Positions 1 through 13,100 of a stretch of DNA of 64,000 bases are shown one piece after another. Both the position numbers and the translations under genes were made by a program. Below the pieces are notes generated by a model. The model was not told the DNA's origin. It worked only from the letters and a program-made list of their open reading frames with translations, and searched no databases. Within the stretch, counting starts at the first letter, position 1; every line of letters begins with the position of its first letter. This stretch comes from Eledone cirrhosa (Eukaryota), in contig OZ024740.1 of NCBI GenBank assembly GCA_964016885.1, positions 195,486,001 to 195,550,000 on the forward strand, read 5' to 3'.

Positions 1-56
1 TTATTGCCCAAAGCTAAACAGAAAAATATTCTATAACACACACACACATCCATACA

Positions 57-89
<33 letters not shown>

Positions 90-350
90 CCATACATACA
101 TATACATACACAAACATTAAAAAAAAGAGCAACTTACAGACAACAATAATAATAACAAAAATATTTTTCTTCCTTTTCTAATGAGTTAAGAAAATATTCA
201 AATTTAAATTACAGAAGAAAACTTTTTTTTATTTTTTGGATTCTATAAAATTTGTTTTATCATTTTTTTTTTGCTTTTTGCCATTATTTATTTTTCATTT
301 TCCATATTTTTTTTAAAACTTTTATAGTATTGAAGATAATGATAGTGACT

Positions 351-545
351 ATGGTGGTGGTGGTGGTGGTGGTGACAGTGGTGGTGGGTGAGTAGTGGTG
401 ATGGGTGAGTGGTGGTGGTAGTGGTTGATGGTGGGTGGAGGTGGTGAGTAGTGGTGATGGGTGAGTAGTGGTGGTGGGTGAGTAGTGATGGTGACAGTGG
501 TGGTAGTGAGTGGTAGTGGTGGTGGTGATGACAATCATGATGATG
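351..545. repeat. Degenerate (TGG)n/(TAG)n/(TGA)n trinucleotide-derived microsatellite
   Basis: Runs of ggtggtggt interrupted by gagtagt; explains the Pro/His/Thr ORFs at 284-538. Confidence 0.9.
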
Positions 546-960
546 ATAAAGATGGCAGTAATAACAAAGATGGTATTATAATAATAATGATAATAATAAT
601 AATTAATTTGAAATTATTCAACATAGGCTGCTAAAGAAGAAAATCTTATTAGTCAATTTTTTTTCAGGATACAGACTATAACATTATGATGATGAAAAAG
701 AAAAACAGGAAGATATAAAGAAAATCTATTATCATTATAACTTTGCTATTATTTTTAGCAAGACCAATAACTACAGTGAGACCACCTGGGAATTAAAGAT
801 CATGTGAATTAGAAAATCAATATATTATGCAAACATTGGATACTATTAGCATTACACTTTGTTTTCTTCTAGTTCTTCATTTATAGCAAAATCTACAAAA
901 TTAGTAACTGCAGGAGTCTGAGGCTCCTTTATAAATCTTCTCATTGCTCATTCTTTTTAA

Positions 961-1162
961 TCCTTTAGCATTTAAACCGGCTGTATCTGGCAAAAGTTCG
1001 TTCCCTTTTTTGAAACTGGTCATAACCAGCAACTCATACCAATGTTAAGATATTTTAAAATCAACATTAACAACATCAAAATCTCAACTCAAAATTATAT
1101 GAGATAAAGCCTTTACCATGAATATACAATAGTAAATATAGAGTAATGTAAATGCTAAAAGG
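961..1162 (+). mobile_element. piggyBac-type MITE (TTAA target site); same family as 13822-14042 and 28191-28410
   Basis: TTAA on both sides, TIR cctttagcattta / taaatgctaaaagg, internal sequence shared with the two other copies. Confidence 0.75.
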
Positions 1163-1473
1163 TTAATGATGTTCAAAGAACCTATGGTTGTTTGTAGGTT
1201 GTTGTTAATTACATCAATGTCGATGTCACTGCCATACAGAGTTAAATCACATTTACAGAGCCAATGAGGGAGCCTCAGTGTGATCACTCAACCCCCAGAG
1301 AAACAGCATCTAGTTTCTTTCAAATACACCCCTACCATCTTAAAACAAAAAAGAAGAGACACACCAAAAGTCAAATGACTGGAAATAATTTGACCCTAAC
1401 CTATACTTTTCACCTAGTATTCTTTCTTTCTCTTTCATTTTCCATCAAGTCATTAAAAACACATCTTTCTTAA

Positions 1474-1580
1474 CCTTTAGTAAGCTAGAAATGTTTATAA
1501 ATTGCTTCCTTGAAACTGCATTATATATTAAGGGGAGACAACTCTATTGGTGCCTTATGTCACCTAGAGCATGCTAAAGG
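1474..1580. mobile_element. Short TTAA-flanked MITE
   Basis: ttaa-cctttagtaagct ... agcatgctaaagg-ttaa terminal inverted repeats. Confidence 0.55.
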
Positions 1581-2154
1581 TTAACGGTGTGGAGTGGTTG
1601 GTGATAGGAATGGCATCCAATTGTAGGTATTCTGCCAAACAAAAGGTTGAAAAGAATCTTCAGCTATGCCAAAAATATGACATCTTCACTAGTGTTGATT
1701 CCCTGATAAAATAAATGTACTCAGCAGAGAATAAGATTATATGTCACTGGCAGTCTGAGGCTCCACATAAGTACTGACCAGTCGGTGATGGCATGTCCAA
1801 CCCTTGCTAGCAGGGAAAACTAATATTAAAAGATGATGATTGTTATTGTATATTATGCTATTGTTGTGATCATAAAGATATGCCATTGACAAATGGAGAG
1901 ATTATGTCCTGAAGAGGACCCATCCCACCCTTGCAAGCAGGGAAAAGCGGATGTAAAATGATCATATATATAACTTTGATAGGTTTTGGGTAGTATTGGC
2001 CCAGGCCATGTCTAACTTAATAGCACCACCTGGCCAAAATTACGACCATGACGAGATATATATACGTATCTATATATACATATAATACATATCTATATAT
2101 ATACATATATACATATAGAAAGATTTGAATGGATACAGTTTAGTTGAAAGGAAT

Positions 2155-2274
2155 TTATTGACACGTGTTTCTATAACAGTTACATAACCTAAAACAGCTG
2201 CTATCTACAAACTTTTAGTTATGCAGACATTCAATATTTCAATGTTATTATTTACTGTCATTTCATCAGAATAA
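2155..2274 (-). ncRNA. Type-I hammerhead ribozyme motif with long stem II
   Basis: Minus strand: ttatt CTGATGA a atgacagt[~75 nt]actgttat a GAAA cacgtg TC aataa. Stem I ttatt/aataa, palindromic stem III, GUC cleavage triplet. Confidence 0.75.
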
Positions 2275-2847
2275 TATTACTGAGGACCTATTTAGTATTT
2301 ATAGAGAATATTAGGAGGGAGGGGTGAAGTTGTTAGAAGAATAGTTGAAGGAGTGGTTTTTCGATAGCAGTGAGAATTCTTGGTGGCAGTGAGTAATTAG
2401 ATTCCCATCTGTTGTTTTGACATTTTTTATAGAATATATTATTGGTTATTTTTCTAAATCTATAGAAGGATTAGAGATAGTAAAGATATGCGTGGTTGGT
2501 TTTGTGTTTGCTCTTAATTAACATTCAGACTTAAATTTTTCTTTCAAGTGTACGTATCCTTTCACCCACGCATTCACACACAAATATATTTGCACACCTC
2601 TACAAAATACATATACTCACAATTCACATATTCATACTTACATATATATACACATGCATACACATATATATATACACACATGTATTCATGTACATACATA
2701 CGCGCTCATGTGTATACATTTTCATACTCAACTTATCTTTATATACACTCTACGTGAGCTGATAATCTACTGTGTGTAATATTTATATTACAACACAACG
2801 GAAAATACTGTATATATACATATATATATATATACCTATATACATAT

Positions 2848-3030
2848 AATTGTTTCTACTTTTGGCACAAGACCAGCAATTACCCAGTGCATTACTGGTA
2901 CTTTATTTTATCTACCTCGTAAGCATGAAAGGCAAAGTTAACCTTGGCGGGATTTGAACTCAGACTGTAAAGGGACGTAACTATGCTGGAAAGCATGGCG
3001 TCCGACCTTCTACTGATAATCCCCCGCCCT
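2848..3030 (-). mobile_element. tRNA-derived SINE family 1 (Deu/Nin-like central domain)
   Basis: Minus strand carries B box gagttcaaatccc followed by ttgcctttcatgcttacgaggtagataaataaaagtacc; matches the full copy at 28992-29176. Confidence 0.8.
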
Positions 3031-3232
3031 TATATACATATATACATATAATACATATCTATATATACATATATATACATATAATACATATCTATATATA
3101 CATATAATACATATCTATATATACATATATATACATATAATACATATCTATATATACATATATATACATATAATACATATATATATATACATATATATAT
3201 ACATATAATACCATATAATACATATCCATATA

Positions 3233-3281
<49 letters not shown>

Positions 3282-3427
3282 TTTTGAGTTTATGTTGGTT
3301 GTATACCAACACCTCAGTATGCAGGCTGGAGCACTCGACGAAGTGCGCAGGTTGGTTTGGTTACTCCGGAGTAGTGTAAAATAAAGTTAAATAAAAGTCA
3401 AATGATTAAAATTTAGCTTCGTTTATT

Positions 3428-3482
3428 ACTGCTATATATATTTCAGTGACAGCCATCTTTGGCTGTGACCTCTTCAGGCAGT
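3428..3482 (-). ncRNA. Type-I hammerhead ribozyme
   Basis: actgc CTGAAGA ggtcacagcc aaagat ggctgtcact GAAA tatata TA gcagt, followed by AATAAA. Confidence 0.85.
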
Positions 3483-3896
3483 TTGAATTAGTATGGTATA
3501 GACAAGTACATATGTTGTTTAGGTGTATAATATTGTCAATACTCTGATATGCCCAGTTCCTTGTTGAGTTGTTATTTCACTGAGGAACTGGAGTCATATG
3601 AATTCAAACAAACGAATTTCAGTGTCAAAGGTCCTCTTCTCCTCTCATTGGTCAGTTATTAGAACATTCCTCATTCTAAGTGTTGTTATTGTTGGAGTTA
3701 GCTTAAAAATTGATAAAATGGTAGAAGGGACAAGGTGTTAAAGGAACAAAATAACAAAAAAGTGTCAGTTCTGAGAGCGTTCCTCAGTCAGAAGTCTATA
3801 GAATTCTTTCTGGGGTGAGGCTCCCTGTAGTGTTTTTGCCTGCTATTGTTCAGTACCTAAACACCATATGTACTTGTCTATACCATACTAATTCAA

Positions 3897-3951
3897 ACTG
3901 CCTGAAGAGGTCACACCCAAAGATGGCCGTCACTGAAATATATATAGCAGT
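3897..3951 (+). ncRNA. Type-I hammerhead ribozyme (inverted twin of 3428-3482)
   Basis: actgc CTGAAGA ggtcacacccaaagatggccgtcact GAAA tatata TA gcagt AATAAA; two substitutions weaken stem II. Confidence 0.8.
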
Positions 3952-3995
3952 AATAAACGAAGCTAAATTTTAATCATTTGACTTTTATTTAACTT

Positions 3996-4037
<42 letters not shown>

Positions 4038-4082
4038 TACATATCCATATATACATATATATATATAATACATATCTATATA

Positions 4083-4346
4083 TCATCATTTTATTTTACG
4101 TCCACTTTTCCCTGCTTGCAAGGGTGGGACGGGAACTGATTTTTGGGCTTGATTTCTACAGCTGGATGCCCATCCTAACACCAACCTCATTTACAGTGAG
4201 TGCTGGGTGCTTTTTTGCCGTGGCACCTCCACGACCACTTTGCAGTGGAATGATAGGGACCCCAGTCTCTATTATCTCATTTCTACAGCTGAGTAAACTG
4301 GAGCAATGTGAAATAGAGTGTCTTGCTCAAGGAAACAACACATCAC
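4083..4346 (-). mobile_element. SINE family 2 (RTE-tailed), 5'-truncated
   Basis: Reverse complement of 21665-21922; ends in the cccacccttgcaagcagggaaaagtggacgtaaaa tail. Confidence 0.9.
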
Positions 4347-4347
4347 A

Positions 4348-5426
4348 TCCTCAGCCTGCTCTTGTTCATTATAGTCCTCCAAGCCATAACAGAGGAGTTT
4401 AAGACTGGCTGTCCATGGGAACTTCTCTATGCTGACGATCTGGCTCTTATAGCAGAATCAATAGAGGAGCTAGAGAATAAATTCCGGCTATGGAAACAGC
4501 AGTTGGAAGCAAGAGGACTGAGAGTAAATCTAGCTAAGACAAAAGTGTTGATGAGTAGAAAAGAGGACAAAACCCTGATTCCGTCAGGGAAATGGCCATG
4601 TTCGATATGCAGAAAAGGAACTGGCATAAATTCTATAAAATGCACACAATGCAGGTCCTGGGTACACAAGAGATGTAGCAGGATAGCAGGCAAACTAACA
4701 GGTAGGGAGAAATATGTATGCAGTAGATGTACAGGGAAATTAGACAGTAGAAGTCGCACTGATAGACACATTTTTCAAATGCGAGAGGGCGCTATAGAAG
4801 TGGTGGATAGCTTCCGGTACCTAGGAGATCAGATTAGCATGGGAGGAGGGTGTTCCGAGGCCATAGTATCTAGAATAAGGACGTGTTGGAAGAAGTTTAG
4901 GGAGCTGCTTCCTCTGTTGACGAAGAAGGGTTTCTCCCTGCGTACGAAAGGCCGGTTGTATGATGCCTGTGTGAGGAGTGCGATGCTGCATGGTAGTGAG
5001 ACATGGGCAGCAACCGCAGAGGATATGCGATGGCTGGAGAGAAATGAGGCAAGCATGCTCCGTTGGATGTGCAGTGTAAATGTGCGTGAACGACCCAGCA
5101 TAAATGTGTTGAGAGAGAAACTGTGTCTGAGAGGGATAGAATGTAGTGTACGGGAGAGGAGACTGAGGTGGTATGGACATGTGATGCGCATGGAGGATGA
5201 CCGATGGGTGAAGAAGTGCCAGGAAATGCCAGTTGAAGGAAGACGTGGTAGAGGTAGACCACGAAAAACATGGGCGGAGGTGGTGAGAACAGACCTCAGA
5301 TGATTGAAGCTCATGGTGGAGATGCCGAGGGACCGTGACGAGTGGAGAGATGCTGTGCTGAATAAGACCCGTCCCACCCTTGCAAGCAGGGAAAAGCGGA
5401 CGTAAAATGATGATGATGATGATGAT
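4348..5426 (+). mobile_element. RTE LINE 3' fragment (family A): RT motifs, PHD finger, C-terminus and (TGA)n tail
   Basis: ORF 4323-5303 has ELLYADDL, CxxC..CxxC..H..C..CxxC, FRYLG, RRLRWYGHVMR and GRGRP..TW; short 3' UTR with (tga)n. Confidence 0.95.
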
Positions 5427-5770
5427 AGGGAAGAATATACAGCCACTAAGAGAGAAGCTAGACGTCAGGTGTACTTAGCACGCAGGGAGGCAGAGAGTAG
5501 GAGGTTTGCCAATGTTCTGCGACGGGAAGATCAGAGCTGTGCGGTGTTCCACATTGCAAGGCAGTGTGTCAATGCAAATCAGGATGTTGTTGGAGATAAA
5601 TGTGTCCGGGATGATGCCGGTGTACTTAGTGTCACGAATGATCAGAAAAAGGAGGCCTGGAAATGTCATTATGAGAGACTGATGAATGTGGAGAACAGAT
5701 GGGAGAGAGAGAAATTACCCTTGGTAGATCCGACAGAGGGACCAGCTATTGAGATTGATGAATATAGGGT
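5427..5770 (+). mobile_element. Internal RTE fragment (APE-RT linker) nearly identical to 63336-63679
   Basis: 344 bp colinear with the RTE at the window end, with only scattered substitutions. Confidence 0.9.
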
Positions 5771-8700
5771 AAAGATAAAGACAAATTCACCTGATGCTGC
5801 CGGACAAAAAGGCAAGGACTCCTCCTCTTTATTTCGGCCGCGGATAGCCAACATAACCCCAACCCCATCCCCTCACCACTCCCCACCGTTCCCACCCACC
5901 AAACGCAACCCAAAACTTCAGAGTTGGTACCATGAATGTAGGCACCTTAAAAGGTCGCTCTAACGAGGTTGTAGAGATGCTTGGGCGTAAGGAGGTTGAT
6001 GTTTGCTGTATCCAAGAGACCAGGTGGAGAGGTGCATCTGCTAGATTGATTGTGGGTAAAAAAACAATGCTATAAGTTTTTCTGGGTGGGAAATGACAAT
6101 GGGCTGGGTGGGGTAGGAATCATGTTAGCAGAAAAATGGGTAGATAAGATAATAGACGTAAATAGAGTGAATGACAGAATAATTAAAATAAGACTTGTCC
6201 TAAATAGAACTACTGTGACAGTAATATCTGCATACGCACCCCAATCCGGATTGCCTGGCATTATAAAAAACAGATTCTATGAGACATTGATACTCACTAC
6301 CTCCCAAATAACCGACAGTGACTACGTAATTATTGCTGGTGACCTAAATGGTCACATTGGACAACATTGTGATGGCTATGATGGAATCCATGGAGGCTAT
6401 GGGTTTGGTACTAGAAATGAGGAAGGCTCCAGAATCCTGGAATTCTAGTGATGCAAATAACCTAACTATTTGTAACACTAACTTCAAAAAATGAGACAAT
6501 CACTTGATCACCTATAGATCAGGGAACATGCCAGTCAGATAGATTATATCCTTACCAGAAGACGGGATAGAGTGTCTGTTGTAAACACTAAATCCCTCCC
6601 CCATGAAGAATGCACCTCCCCACATAGACTCATAGTCAGCGACCTCATAGTCAGAACAAGACGTACTCGACAACAGAGGAGGACTATCCTCAGGAGAAAA
6701 ATATGGAAGCTAAAGGACCCCACAGCCAGTAATAAATTTAAAAGCATATTACTTGATGCTTTTGTACAATATAGAGTACAATATAGAGGAACAGTGGGAA
6801 TTCCTGAAAGCTAACCTGCTGAAGGCGGCAGATGAAGTCTGTGGCTGGAGCAGACCTATAGGCAGGAGGAGAGTAATGTGGTGGTGGAACAGTAAGGTGG
6901 AGGACTCAATTAAGGCCAAAAAGCAGGCTTGGAAAGTATGGCGGGATGGGGGAAGTAGAGAAGACTATCAAGTGGCCAGGAGAGAAGCTAGGAGACAAGT
7001 GTACTTCGCAAGAAGGGAAGCAGAGGAAAGAAAGTTCAAGCATGTTCTACAACACGAGGACCAAAAACGTGAGGTATTCAGGATTGCTAGGCAATGTGTC
7101 AAGGAAAACCGTGATATTGTCGGGGAGAAGTGTGTCCTTAATGATGATGGTGTACTTGCCATCACTGATGCTGATAAGAAGGTAGCTTGGAAGTGTCACT
7201 ACGAAAGGCTACTAAATGAGGAGAATAAATGGGAGAAAGACAGTCTCCCCCACATCGATCCAATAGAGGGACCAGCAGTGCTAGTTGAAGGTAGTATAAT
7301 AAGTAAGGCAATAATAGATATGAAGACGGGCAAGGCGGCTGGGCCTTCAGAAATAGTTGCTGAAATGCTGAAAGCATCTGGAATGGTGGGACACACCATG
7401 GTCACCCGGATAGTAAACCAAGTCATACAGAATGGGGTCGTTCCGAAGGACTGGCATAGCAGCATCATCATTAACTGCTACAAGGGTAAAGGGGATGCCC
7501 TAGATAGGGGTAACTATAGAGGCATTAAATTAATCGACCAGGTCATGAAGGTCAGAGAAAAAGTAATAGCGCAACTAATCAGAGAGAGAATTGATCTAGA
7601 TGAAATGCAGTTCGGGTTTGTGTCAGGCAAAAGTACCACAGACGCTCTTTTCATTTTACGACAACTACAGGAGAAGTACCTAGTTAAAAGTAAACCCCTA
7701 TACTTAGCTTTTGTTGACTTGGAGAAAGCCTTTGACAGAGTCCTCCGCTCCATTATCTGGTGGGCTCTTAGAAAACTAGGTGTTGATGAATGGCTTGTGA
7801 GAGCTATACAAGCCTTGTATAAAGAAACAGTCAGCAAGGTTAGAATTAACAACGAATATAGTGAAGAGTTTAGCGTAAAAGTTGGTGTTCGTCAGCGCTC
7901 CGTTCTTAGCCTCCTACTATTTATTATTGCCCTTCAGGCTATAACAGAGGAGTTCAAGACCGGCTGCCAATGGGAACTCCTATACGCAGATGATCTAATG
8001 CTCATAGCTGAATCAATGGCTGAACTAGAGAAGAAATTCCAAACATGGAAGCATGGCCTAGAATCAAAAGGCCTTAAAATTAACCTGTCTCAAGACTAAA
8101 GTTCTAGTTTGTAGGAAGGAAAATAGGGCACCGGTCCCATCCGGGAAATGGCCATGCTCAGTGTGTAGGAAAGGAGTAGGCAGAAACTCCATTTTATGTC
8201 CCAAATGCAAAGTATGGGTGCATAAAAGATGTAGTGGGATCACAGTTAAGCTAACTAAGAATATAGATTTTATATGTTGCCGGTGCTCTGGTGCAATAAG
8301 TAGCAGCAAGTGCCCACTAAATACTAGCTCATTCCATTGCACAGATGGTTCTATAGAAATAGTGGACACCTTCCGTTACCTGGGTGACAAAATCAGCAGT
8401 GGTGGAGGGTGCTCTGAAAGTACAGTAGCTAGAGTCAGAACTGGATGTAAAAAGTTCAGAGTGCTCTATACCACTATTGGCCGCTAAAGGGTTCTCTCTA
8501 AAAATGAAAGGCAGGCTGTATGATGCCTGCATACGAACAGCAATATTACATGGCAGTGAGATCTGGGCATTGTGTGCAGAGGACATACATAGACTGGAGA
8601 GGAACGAAGCTTGCATGCTCCGCTGGATGTGTAATAGTAATATACGTGAACGGCAAAGCATAAATGAACTAAGGGAGAAATTAGGAATAAGAGGGATCAG

Positions 8701-9351
8701 ATGTTGTTTACTCGAGAGAAGACTACGTTGGTATGGTCACGTGATGCGCATGAAAGACGACAGCTATATAAAAAAGTGCAGGGCGATAAAAATAGACGGT
8801 AGCCACGGAGTAGGCAGACCCAGAAAAACCCGGGACGACTTGATAAATTCTGACCTCACACACTTACACCTCTCCAAGAGAGGATCTTGGAGAGGTGTAA
8901 GTGTGTGAGATCTTTGGTGCTACACAGTAATACAGAACCCACGCCTTGCCTAAGTACAAAGCGAAACCTACAGTCAGTAGGCACCCCTAACAAAAATACA
9001 CCCCCGTCCCACTACCCCACCCCATCCACACCACCCCTTTCAATGTAAAGTTATGTTGGTACCACAACATCCAGTCCGAAACAAATGAGGTCATGTAGGT
9101 GTCACGACAAAAAAACACACAGTCCACACTGTAATGTGGCCGTGTAGGTTACATGGTAAAAACCTCCCAGTCCACACTGTAAACGTGGTTGGTGTTAGGA
9201 AGGGCATCCTGCCGTAGAAAACCCGCCAGACTGTCCTATATGAGCAAGACAACCAATCTGGCCTCAAGTGGGAAAATTCCCGTCCAAACCCACAAACCCA
9301 TGCAAGCATGGAAGATGGACGTTAAATGATGATGATGATGATGATGATGAT
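5771..9351 (+). pseudogene. Near full-length decayed RTE LINE (family B)
   Basis: Colinear with 17935-21468; APE and RT split by stops and frameshifts into ORFs 6050, 6572, 6753, 8161 and 8477; ends in (tga)n. Confidence 0.95.
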
Positions 9352-9420
9352 ATATATACATATATATATATATAAATAAATATATATATACATATATATA
9401 AATATATATATACATATATA

Positions 9421-10065
9421 CGAAGCCTGCATGCTACAATGGATGTGTAATAGTAATATACGCGAACGACAAAGCATAAATGAATTGAGAGAGAGACTGA
9501 GCATAAGAGGAATCAAATGCTGTGTGCAGGAGAGGCGGTTGCGTTGGTATGGACATGTGATGTGTATGAAGGATGACAGCTGTATAAAAAGGTGCAGAGC
9601 ACTAGAAGTCGATGGACACCGCGGAGTGGGGAGACCCAAGATGACCTGGGATGAGGTGATAAAAGCCGACCGTACCCAATTACACCTCTCAAAGGCGATG
9701 ACACACGACCGTGACCTCTGGCGCCACGCAGTAATACAGAGTACCCGACCTCCCATGGGTACAAGCTGAAGTATATAGACAATATGCCCCCACACCCTCC
9801 CACTGCAAGGTGGTCGTGGAGGTGCCACGGCAAAAAAGCACCCAGCCCACACTGTAAAGTGGACGTGTAGGCGCCACGAAAAAGCACCCAGCACTCACTG
9901 TAAATGAGGTTGGTGTTAGGAAGGGCATCCAGCTGTAGAAATCAAGCCAAATCAGTTCCTGTATGAGCAAGGCATGGTCAGCCGACCAGACACTGCCCAC
10001 AACAGGACAACCCGTCTAACCCATGCTAGCGTGGAAGAACGGACGTAAAACGGTGATGATGATGA

Positions 10066-10069
<4 letters not shown>
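9421..10069 (+). mobile_element. RTE LINE 3' fragment (family C) with sub-repeated 3' UTR
   Basis: ORF 9431-9769 (ERRLRWYGHV..GVGRPKMTW), then UTR and (tga)n; lies between (TA)n tracts. Confidence 0.9.
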
Positions 10070-10134
<65 letters not shown>

Positions 10135-13100
10135 CAAGCTTTTTGCTATCTTTAATTCTTTTATGAAATTAATCTGATTTTTTTTCTTTCTATTTCAATT
10201 TCCGATCCTTTTTTTTTTCCATCACTGTTTAGACCAATCTATTGAGATTATTAAATTCTATTGAAAATGAATTTCGTATTTTTTTAGGTGTGAAATAAAT
10301 TGAAATATAACTAAATACCAAAACAACAGTTAATCATAAAATTTAAAGTCAGAAGATTATTTGTACTGTGATGTTTATGTTGACCTTAATGATGACTAAA
10401 TCTGATTTTCACTATGAAAAATTAGTTTATGTGATTAAGTAATTGGGCAAAAAATGTATGAAGGTATGAAATAACTTCTCATATCTCAACTAACCTGATA
10501 ATGTTACTGTTTGGTTTAAAACAGACATGACACAACTTACTTTTTTCAATAATTCAAAAATTCAGTAATGTGATTGTTTGTCAAGCAAGAAATTTATATA
10601 AGAGACCAACAAAACAAATGCAAAAAAGTGGATGAAATTTTACTAAATCGTTCATTCTACAGTGAACAACATCACCAAAGTTGATTATTACATCTCAATA
10701 TGGTTGAGGTGTAGGTAACTTTATAACCACCATCAAAAAATACCATTCTATGATGACAACAATCTCCAGCATCTCCAGCAGAATGTTTTAAAAAGTAATG
10801 ATTTCTACTATAGGCACAAGGCCAGCAATTTGGGGGACGGGAAAGTCGATTAAATCAATCCCTGTGTACTTGTACTTTATCTTATCAATCCTGTAAGGAT
10901 GAAAGGCAAAGCTAACCTCAGCAGGTTTTGAACTCAGGACATAAAGGGCTGAAACTCTCTGCCACGAAGCAGGGTGTCCAAAAAATAATTAAATCTAACT
11001 TTAAAAAATAAATTATTTAAATTCAAATAATGAAGAGATGTACATGGAAACCTCCCTGGTGTTGGTAATCTACACAATAGACAAATAAACACACCCAGTA
11101 CACTCTGTAAAGTGGTTGGTGAAATGGAGGTCATCCAGCCATAGAAAACCTTCCAAACAAAGAGACCGGAGGATTCTTCAACTGTATCAAGGACATGACA
11201 TCCTCCTCGGCCCATCTGAGATGGTCAGAGGCTTCATTTGTGTACTCATTTGGTCTGTGAAAATCCATTTAGCCCTTGATGATGATGGTGATGAAATGAC
11301 CAAGTGAGTTCTTCTTGGCTTTGTGTAAGTGCTGTTGTTGTTACAACTCATACTTTTATAAGTTTCATTGACCTCCTATAATGTTGCATCTCATAGGAGG
11401 TTTATTGGTTGATTTCATGACAGGAGTCCCACTCATATCATGTCAACGTTTTTCTAGTGATGGTTGGGAGAATTTCAATTCAGAATGCAGAGCCAGAACA
11501 GACACCACAAGTTATTCTGTTCGATGCTCTAGCAATTCTGTCAATCCACCAACCTTGAAAGAATAAAAGGCAAAGTTGACTTTGGTGGCATTTGAACTCA
11601 GAGTCTGCAGAGAGCTAGAATTAATGCTAGCAACTCTGCCAATTATGTCTGTGTAAATGTGGTGTAGTGAGTGTAGAGGCATGAGTTCAAATTAACTATA
11701 GGCATTATTTCATTATAATTTCTAAGTAGAAACAGATTATTACACATCATTATTGTTCACCTCAGCTTTCAAAAGTAGTTTCTGGACGAGCTAACAATGA
11801 CGTCTCTACATATAACCTGCTGGAAGTAGCATCAAATTAAATTCACTTAAATTATCACAGCTTTTCTTTCTGTGCTGTCTGGATAACAAACAATCCCTGG
11901 TAACGTCCTTCACTATGTCATGGAGTTTTCATGGAGGAATAGAAATGTGGTTTGCCTTTCTTTGAGTATTTTTTATAAGACACCAACTTACTGGCTAAAT
12001 ATAGGACAAGTGAGCCCTACCTTCCTGGGGTCTCAGGACATAAAGAACTGGAACAAATACTGCAAATCAATTTATTAAACCCTCTAACAATTTGCCCAAT
12101 CCACAGTCCCACTGGACTAATATTTTATTTTATCAACTCAAAAAGAATAAAAGACAAAACTCAACAAGATTTGAACTCAGAGTACAAAGAGACAGAACAA
12201 ATGCTACAGAACATTTTCTTCAACATTCTAATGTTTCTACTAATTCACTGCCTAAATTATGATACACTAGGATATTTGTGTTTTAAAACAGGATCTTAGG
12301 GCCTTAAAGTGGGAAGGGCCCATTGAGCAATGTAGTCCTAAATATCTGATCTGAATCGACATGATCTCAGACTTCATTTGCTTACTGAGTGTGGTGGAAC
12401 TTGTCATATTGGACCAAGGAAACAATGTTTCCATTGGTCTTTCCAATTGCTGATACTATCTACCAGTTGTAACTCTTGGTTAGATATACAAAACAAAAAA
12501 TGAGGTGAGAGTCACAGCTTCAGCACCTTTGATCATAGGTCTATTTAATCAGAGTTAACCTAGGTCTAAACATCATCATCAACAACAATTACAAATAAGT
12601 TGAAGAGTTTTTCTCAGAAGTTGTCAGTTGAGTTGATTCTCCACAAATAGTTATAAATGATCACATAAAGTCAAGCCAGTCTCTTAGTTATCCATACATG
12701 TGAGGCAGAAGAAATAAATATTTAATCTATACTATGTCTATGGAGTCTCCACTCTCATTTTCTTTCACCAGTATTACCAATCAGACCATTTTCAGTTTCT
12801 TTCTTCAATATTTTTCTGAACTAAAACTATGTCATGTGTTTGTTGGTCATGTGATCTATCTGCTGCCCTTTCTATTTGATCACTTGACACTATATTGTCT
12901 ATAGCATCTGTCTTTATCTCTCCCATGCTCTATCTCTCCCTCTTGTGCACACACGGATGCATGCATACAAATGCACACATACATGCTCACTCTTTCTCTG
13001 CTTCTGTGTGTATGCATGTGTATATATGCACCTTTATGTATGCATTTGTGTGTATATGCCTGTGTTCATGCATATGTGTGTATATCAATGAATGTGTGTA

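Larger units (their letters stand above)
3377..4002. mobile_element. Fold-back PLE pseudo-LTR remnant: ~148-bp inverted repeats (3377-3524 / 3855-4002), each with a hammerhead
   Basis: Arms are near-perfect reverse complements and the block is flanked by (TA)n. Inverted pLTRs and microsatellite targeting are established PLE traits. Confidence 0.75.

Noticed and set aside
2756-2815. CTGATAA..GAAA hairpin running into (TA)n; similar half-motifs near 31160, 31480 and 44470
   Set aside because: Core altered without compensation and no stem I partner.
4829-5446. Antisense ORFs over RTE, PLE and maT elements (e.g. 20536-21036, 49469-49894, 52302-52697)
   Set aside because: Shadow frames of the transposon coding strands.
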